A stretch of DNA of 63,998 nt, counting the filler, from Streblomastix strix (Eukaryota), in assembly GCA_008636045.1 (NCBI GenBank). It is 3 parts of 3 records of this genome, joined end to end, with 100 filler letters (N's around TTAATTAATTAA, not from the genome) between each part and the next. Parts side by side here need not be neighbours in the genome. Positions count along the whole stretch, not along the records: positions 43,849 to 63,998 come from SNRW01000452.1; 2 more parts are not named here. The stretch is one strand, 5' to 3'. The notes under the pieces were generated by a model. That model searched no databases, was not told the origin of the DNA, and worked only from the letters and a program-made list of their open reading frames with translations. Of the stretch, positions 58,456 to 63,998 are shown piece after piece (position 1 is the first letter of the stretch; every line of letters begins with the position of its first letter). Made by a program: the position numbers and the translations under genes.

Positions 58456-58803
58456 TCAGAGATAATTATTCAATAACTTCAAATATAATTAATATCGATA
58501 TTGCATAGCTAGTTTAATATCATTATTTTTGATTGCCTCCTTAATTAATTATTCCAATTACTCCGTAGTAAATTATTTGAGTGATGATTCGTTAATTGGT
58601 TTTATCTTCTTTCTACGATAGCAAAATTAAATTATATACACAATTATATTAACAGGAACTAATATTATATCCAGATACCCCCATAACTGTTTGATCAGTG
58701 AAATATATTAGATTGGTACACTAACTGAGATAATCGATACTATAAAATTAATTCCATAAAATAAGTAATTTAAAACTAATTATATTATACTAATCACATT
58801 CAT
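58456..58803 (-). CDS. Small viral membrane protein, 115 aa, two predicted TM helices
   Basis: MNVISIIQLVLNYLFYGINFIVSIISVSV...LDIILVPVNIIVYIIQFCYRRKKIK... TAAATG start; the stop abuts repeat copy 6. Confidence 0.6.
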
Positions 58804-58817
58804 TTATATTAACTTAA

Positions 58818-59834
58818 ATGAGTACCTAATAAATAAATTAAGTATCGTTCAACGATCAATCACTATTAGACGAATATAAAATTAGGCCATTAGCCCCACA
58901 TTCAATCTTTCTCATTAACGCCAATCATTATATAGTTGGATCGGTTGGAAGTGGTAAAACAACTTTAATGGCGAAATTAATTGTACTATATTAACGATAC
59001 ATTAATCCCTACATATTATACTTCTCTAACTTCGGACCGGATGAAACAATGGCGATTAATTTAAATAACAAGGGTATAAAATTAATTAATATAACTTACT
59101 CAGAAGCATAATCTTTTCTACCTTAATTCGATGAAATTAAATATAAAGTTAAGGAAATTTATACTTATTGGAAGTTAAAAGAACTAGATATTAAATATGA
59201 TTCAGATTACATAACAAGAATGAAAAAATCAATAGTCGAAAATAATAAACAATAAAGAAATGAGACAGATAAATAATATTAACATAGATTACGAGATATT
59301 TTCCAAATGGAATGTATAAAAATAATTAACGAATTTAGTTAGCCTACGACAATTATGCGCTTCAATGTTCCACCCATAATCTAGGGGGTTAAATATTCTA
59401 GAAAATTAAAGGTAATAGAACAAGATGAGGAATATGAATTCTAAAAAATACCTATATTGAGTAGTTCCTAATTACTTTCCACATTAATGATATTTGATGA
59501 TTTTGGATCAAATATTGATATTTAACGATACACTAGTGAGCTTGCTAGATCAATCACTCATTTGGTTAATGATAGTCGGCATAGTAAAAATACCATATTC
59601 TTCTGCGCCTAAAGACCAAGTCATTTGTTTAAAACAGCGAGGTTGTTGTGCCATACGATCGCCGTTGGGGCTAATATATCAGAATAAGATTTGAAATAAA
59701 TATATGAGGAGAATAATGTATAGGAATTAAATGAGTAGGAATTTATCATTATTTATAACAGACTTTAGAAATACGAATTTATCATAATAAACAAAAGCCT
59801 AAATACGTTCGATATATTAAAAAGATAAAATTGA
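58818..59834 (+). CDS. A32-like (FtsK/HerA superfamily) genome packaging ATPase
   Basis: Walker A IVGSVGSGKTT, Walker B LMIFDD, arginine finger DSRH and IFFCAQ (Gln encoded by TAA). Intact, 338 aa. Confidence 0.9.
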
Positions 59835-59850
59835 ATTGAATTAGCTAAAA

Positions 59851-59941
59851 TTAGCGTAATAATTAGCGTAAAATTAGCTCTTAAATTAATTTCCAAAAAT
59901 TTTGAAAAAAATAACAGAGGTGCAATCTACTTTTTATCTGA
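59851..59941 (+). repeat. Element repeat copy 7 (inverse match to copy 5)
   Basis: TTAGCGTA x2, then AAATTAATTTCCAAAAATTTTGAAAAAAATAACAGAGGTGCAATCTACTTTTTATCTGA. Further TTAGCGTA motifs at 59976-60010. Confidence 0.9.
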
Positions 59942-60048
59942 CCTTAAATTAGTGTATAAATTAGCCCAGCAATAATTAGCGTAATAAATTAACCCAATAA
60001 TTAGCGTATAAATTAGCTTGAATTAGCTCAGCTTGAATTAATGTTTGG

Positions 60049-61083
60049 TCAAACCGTATAATTATATAGGGCATAAGAATCGCATACTTATACAAAGAAA
60101 TCATTCGGTAAATTAAACTAATATTGTGTATTAATTTTAATATGTCCATCAGGATCAATAAAACAATCAATAGCAACAGCATTAGTCCATAGTACTGGAT
60201 TATTAGATTACTTATATACATACATAACAGCATTTAGTGGTATATTTCGAGATGTTCCACTGAACTTTGGTTTAGCAGAATCATACATAACAGAAAATAA
60301 AGTGTATCCAGTATTCCAATTAGTATTACGATTAGAATGTGCAATTGCTATTGAAATATATATACGGTTATTTAATAAGGTTGCTTATCCGCATGAGAAG
60401 AAATCAAATACACCAATACTTAGTGTTTATTAAGTAGCATATTCAATTAGAAGGGGAAATTCAATCTAATTATTGAACTTAAGTGATGTACAATCGAAAT
60501 CAATAATTAATCTCTTATAATCATATGCTTCATCTTCTTATTTTTATATCCTGAATTATGATGAAGTTGATCCCATTTTCCATACACCATCTCTATCTTA
60601 CGGATCAGTGTTACATCCAGTGAATACAAAACTATCCCAGTTCGCTTTATTTTTCATTAGCCTAATACCTTAATTACGTATATCATTATTCGGTTCAATA
60701 ATCAATTAGCCCATCGCGTGAGGGTAATATTTAGGTGAAAATTAATCTACATCAGTGGTAGTACCATTTGCTAATAATAATTAGCTATCAGTGCCACCTG
60801 TTTTGATAAATTTATCCGCTTAGATAGCTTAAGTGAATTATTTGTACCCTGTTACTGTTTGATTAGTATCTAATGTCATTAATTTAGATAAATCAACATC
60901 CTTATTTTTCATATATTAGCAAATGTAAGTAAAATATTTAATTATTTATTATTCAATGAAGGGAATTAATTTCTCACGTAATAATTCGAATTATTTTTGT
61001 TCACTATCGATCTCTCTAATTTTATCTAATTCTTCTTTCATAGCTTATAATTATTCTTAGGTAGGAAGTTCAAGGTCATCCAT
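60049..61083 (-). CDS. Fibre/tail-fibre-like virion protein 2, 344 aa
   Basis: Helical N-terminus, then LDTNQTVTGYKQFTQAIQADKFIKTGGTDSQLLLANG (shared with fibre 1) and a beta-rich C-terminal head. Intact frame. Confidence 0.6.
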
Positions 61084-61111
61084 TTAATTTAATTACAAAA
61101 ATAAACTATTA

Positions 61112-61828
61112 TCAAAATTCAGTTGGGTAAATATCAATTGCAGGTACTTAACTTAGGCGAACTAGATCATTATTTATTCGATATAATTTTTCTACACTAT
61201 TCCAGAGTACATTATCCTAAGTATTAATCGAGACATTTTTTATCTGTACATCAATAACTCTAACTATTTCCTTCTTTTTATATTATTTACTTAAGCATGA
61301 GTCTGTTGCAATAATACTTTCCTCTAAAACAATTTCTATATCATCTTCTTTCTCTTATGTTACTATAGACCAAAATTTAATAAAATTATCTGAGGATAGA
61401 ATGAAATCATCACCTTTGTTTCTATGTGTAACTGTTCGCCATATATAATCGACTACAAATTTCATAACCTCCAGATTAGGATGGGATAGATAAGCGTTCA
61501 AATGATTGTCCACGATTATCTGTTGGGCTAGTGGCTGGACTATCGGCTAAATTATTTGTTCAGTTACTATTGGTTCGGCTAATTTATCAATTAATTCAAT
61601 GGGGGTAACTTAAGCAGTTGTTCTATCGGCATCAGTGTACTTATTTTTATTGAATTAACGTTATGATTAACGTTCTGATTAATGTTCTGGCTAATTACTT
61701 TCAATAGCCTTGGATATTAAACTATCTATATACTATAATCTTTATTAATTATTTGGGTCAGTTAGTTCTTTCATTTACTTCTTACTTTTAGAGAGCCGCA
61801 ATTAATTCCTTTCAACTCCGCGTATCAT
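61112..61828 (-). CDS. Viral orphan, 238 aa
   Basis: TAAATG start, MIRGVERNQLRLSKSKKQ...IDIYPTEF-TGA, open in code 6. Confidence 0.65.
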
Positions 61829-61885
61829 TTAAATTAGAAAAAGATTTCTGATTATTAATTGGATAAATCACAAGCATATAAATTT

Positions 61886-62421
61886 ATGATGGAGAATGGA
61901 ACAAATACTGAATATTTTGATGGCGGATATTTTATTCGTGATAAGAAACAAATTAAGTGTTTCGAGGATGGAAAGAAAGGTCTAATAATAATTACTTAAG
62001 CTTAGTAGAATAAATTAATGATGCAGGCAAGAGGAACCCCAGTAAATAAAAATAGAAATTGTTTGATTCAGAATCAAGCGACGACAAAATTGACGAAGAA
62101 TAAGAATAATAGGAATAAATTAAACCCTAACCTGTAAAAACGAAAGTGTAAAAATAACTTTAAATTAAATAAATTAATCCCTAACTTGATTTAGAGGAGT
62201 TGATTTCACTTCGAACAGAGAACAAATTTATAAAATAGTAACATGCTGAGGCGATCAAATAGAATGAGAAGTATAATAATAAATTGAAAGCGTTGAAATA
62301 AATTAAATAGAAACCAAAATAAGTTGAATAAGAAGTAAGTGAAGAAGAATAAGAATAACCCCAGCAATAATAGTATCGTTAATAACCGCAATAATAATTT
62401 AGTTAATACGATATTTATTGA
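61886..62421 (+). CDS. Viral orphan, Q/E/K-rich, apparent frameshift near 62050
   Basis: MMENGTNTEYFDGGYFIRDKKQIK in frame 2 continues as LFDSESSDD...YDIY-TGA in frame 1. Confidence 0.5.
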
Positions 62422-62437
62422 AAAAATTAGCCCCAGA

Positions 62438-62514
62438 TTAGCGTAGTAATTAGCGTATAAATTAATTTCCAAAATTATTTAAATTTATTTTGTTGGTGCA
62501 AACAACCTTTTTTA
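62438..62514 (+). repeat. Element repeat copy 8
   Basis: TTAGCGTAGTAATTAGCGTATAAATTAATTTCCAAAATTATTTAAATTTATTTTGTTGGTGCAAACAACCTTTTTT. Confidence 0.85.
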
Positions 62515-62546
62515 TTTTTATTTTTATTTTTTTATCTGGCTAATAA

Positions 62547-63116
62547 ATGCAACAATTTACAGCTCTTATTGTTGAGCCAACTTACGAGATAACTACCGAG
62601 TATCCATGGATGATTAGAAGAATATCAGATAAATTTATACCAAAGATCTCGACTGAAAAAAGCGGTTATTAATAAATTGGTTTGAATGGTACTACTTACG
62701 GTATTAACAGACTAGTTGCTATTTAATTTATTCCAACTGATGATAGAAATAAATAGGTCGATCATTAAAATCACATTCGTTCGGATAATTAGCTTACTAA
62801 CCTTCGCTGGCTATCTGCGAGTGAAAATTGTTTAAATAGAACCAAACCCTTTAGAACAAAAATAAAATAAATATTTATTGATTCACTACCTGAAGATAAA
62901 ATAACAATTACTGAATACGGGAAACATAAATTTGAAGATCTATATTTTGTACCTAGTACAGATAAATTTTATAAATATCTGGGTTCCAAATATAAATAAT
63001 TACATGTTAATGAAAAATTAAATGGTGCCCTATTTGTTTATGCTGCTGACAAGAAAGGTAAAGGTCACTAGCTTCATTACATTAGAATTAAGCGTTTGTT
63101 TAAAGTGGAAAATTGA
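62547..63116 (+). CDS. HNH endonuclease (HNH_3/NUMOD4-like), 189 aa
   Basis: GY.QIGLNG...NRLVAIQFIP...QVDHQNHIRSDNQLTNLRWLSASEN is a classic HNH motif. Confidence 0.88.
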
Positions 63117-63138
63117 TAAAAATTATTTTTGTAAATAA

Positions 63139-63998
63139 ATGGCAGCATAAAGTATGAAAGTACTCTCTTCATCAACAGAATAGGAATTCGTTTAATGGTA
63201 AACTACTATCCCATAGTGGTATATTAAATTTTAAGTTAATAGTATGTGTAACGTTCCAATTAATTTAATATATTATTTAAACAATGATTACATCGAAATA
63301 ACCCTTAATATTAGATCTAGTGAAGATAAGTAAGTTATGTTCAAGGAATAATTACCGAATAATTAATTTAAATTAACTGCAATTGATTAACTTCCACCAA
63401 TCAGAATTAAGATGAATATACATATTAATAATAATTACGTTAGTTAAGAAGGACACTAGGGGTATAAATTTAATCCCATTGTTATTGCCCTAAGGAATAA
63501 TTAATTTAACGAGTTTGCTGATAACACCGAATAATATTTTAGATAAGCAGATACAACTAATGGTGGACCAATCAGCTTTAATTCAGCCATAAACGAACAT
63601 ACATAAAAATAATAAAATTAGTATACTCTAAGTTAAAATATAGGTGATGACATTTGTTATTCCGCTATTAATTATATTAATTTACGACTAGATTCATTCT
63701 TATACCATTTTTGGATCTATAACTAATAATTATAGGTAGCTTTTCGAATGATAGGATTAATTAAATTATATTGCCCTACTACAGATAATTATATAACTAG
63801 CGTTGAACCCCATATGTACGACTAAAATAAGTCCATTAGTGTTAGATACAATTTTGGAATATAATCTACGATTAATTTATACGCTAATTTAAGCGCTAAT
63901 TTTAGCTCTAACTTAGTCAGATAAAAAGTAAATTGCACAAACGAAATAAATTTAAAAATTATGTGGGGATTAATTACTACGCTAATTCATGTGATAAA
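63139..63998 (+). CDS. Viral beta-rich ORF (candidate minor capsid protein), no stop in window
   Basis: TAAATG start, MAAQSMKVLSSSTEQEFVQWQTTIPQWYIKFQVNSMCNVPINLIY... Protein-like to about 63864, then reads through repeat copy 9. Function is a guess. Confidence 0.45.
63918..63986 (-). repeat. Element repeat copy 9
   Basis: CAGATAAAAAGTAAATTGCACAAACGAAATAAATTTAAAAATTATGTGGGGATTAATTACTACGCTAATT, preceded by ACGCTAA/GCGCTAA motifs at 63871-63900. Confidence 0.85.

Larger units (their letters stand above)
48369..63998. mobile_element. Endogenous Polinton/Maverick-like (PLV/adintovirus-type) dsDNA virus, extends beyond window
   Basis: Intronless, densely packed genes including pPolB, A32-like ATPase, putative MCP, pVI-like peptide, fibre-like proteins and HNH. 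The left boundary is approximate and no integrase is seen. Confidence 0.88.

Noticed and set aside
664..62472. Most short ORFs in the supplied track, such as hydrophobic F/L/I-rich peptides
   Set aside because: They are antisense or off-frame shadows of code-6 genes called with the wrong genetic code.

Overview
AT-rich eukaryotic (protist) DNA with short GT-AG introns. TAA/TAG are read as Gln and TGA is the stop (translation table 6), so the supplied ORF track misses or truncates most genes. The code and gene structure fit an oxymonad such as Streblomastix or a ciliate, but the taxon cannot be fixed from this window. Bases 1-44.3 kb hold host genes: a giant WDR7/Rabconnectin-3beta-like gene, Wbp11-like, EXPERA, TPX2, FAM184, PPP4R4 (partial), Leo1, TIPIN/Swi3, RabGGTase alpha with a long extension, a coiled-coil protein, Luc7, a multi-RRM protein and a tetraspanin-like gene. 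A decayed mobile-element-like region follows at about 45.7-47.9 kb. From about 48.3 kb to the window end lies an endogenous Polinton/Maverick-like virus written in the host code. It encodes a protein-primed PolB, a putative major capsid protein, an A32-like packaging ATPase, an adenovirus protein VI-like peptide, two fibre-like genes, an HNH nuclease and several orphans. Its gene blocks are delimited by nine copies of a ~65-90 bp repeat in both orientations, and most of its genes start in a TAAATG context. All homology calls come from motif recognition by eye; no searches were run.
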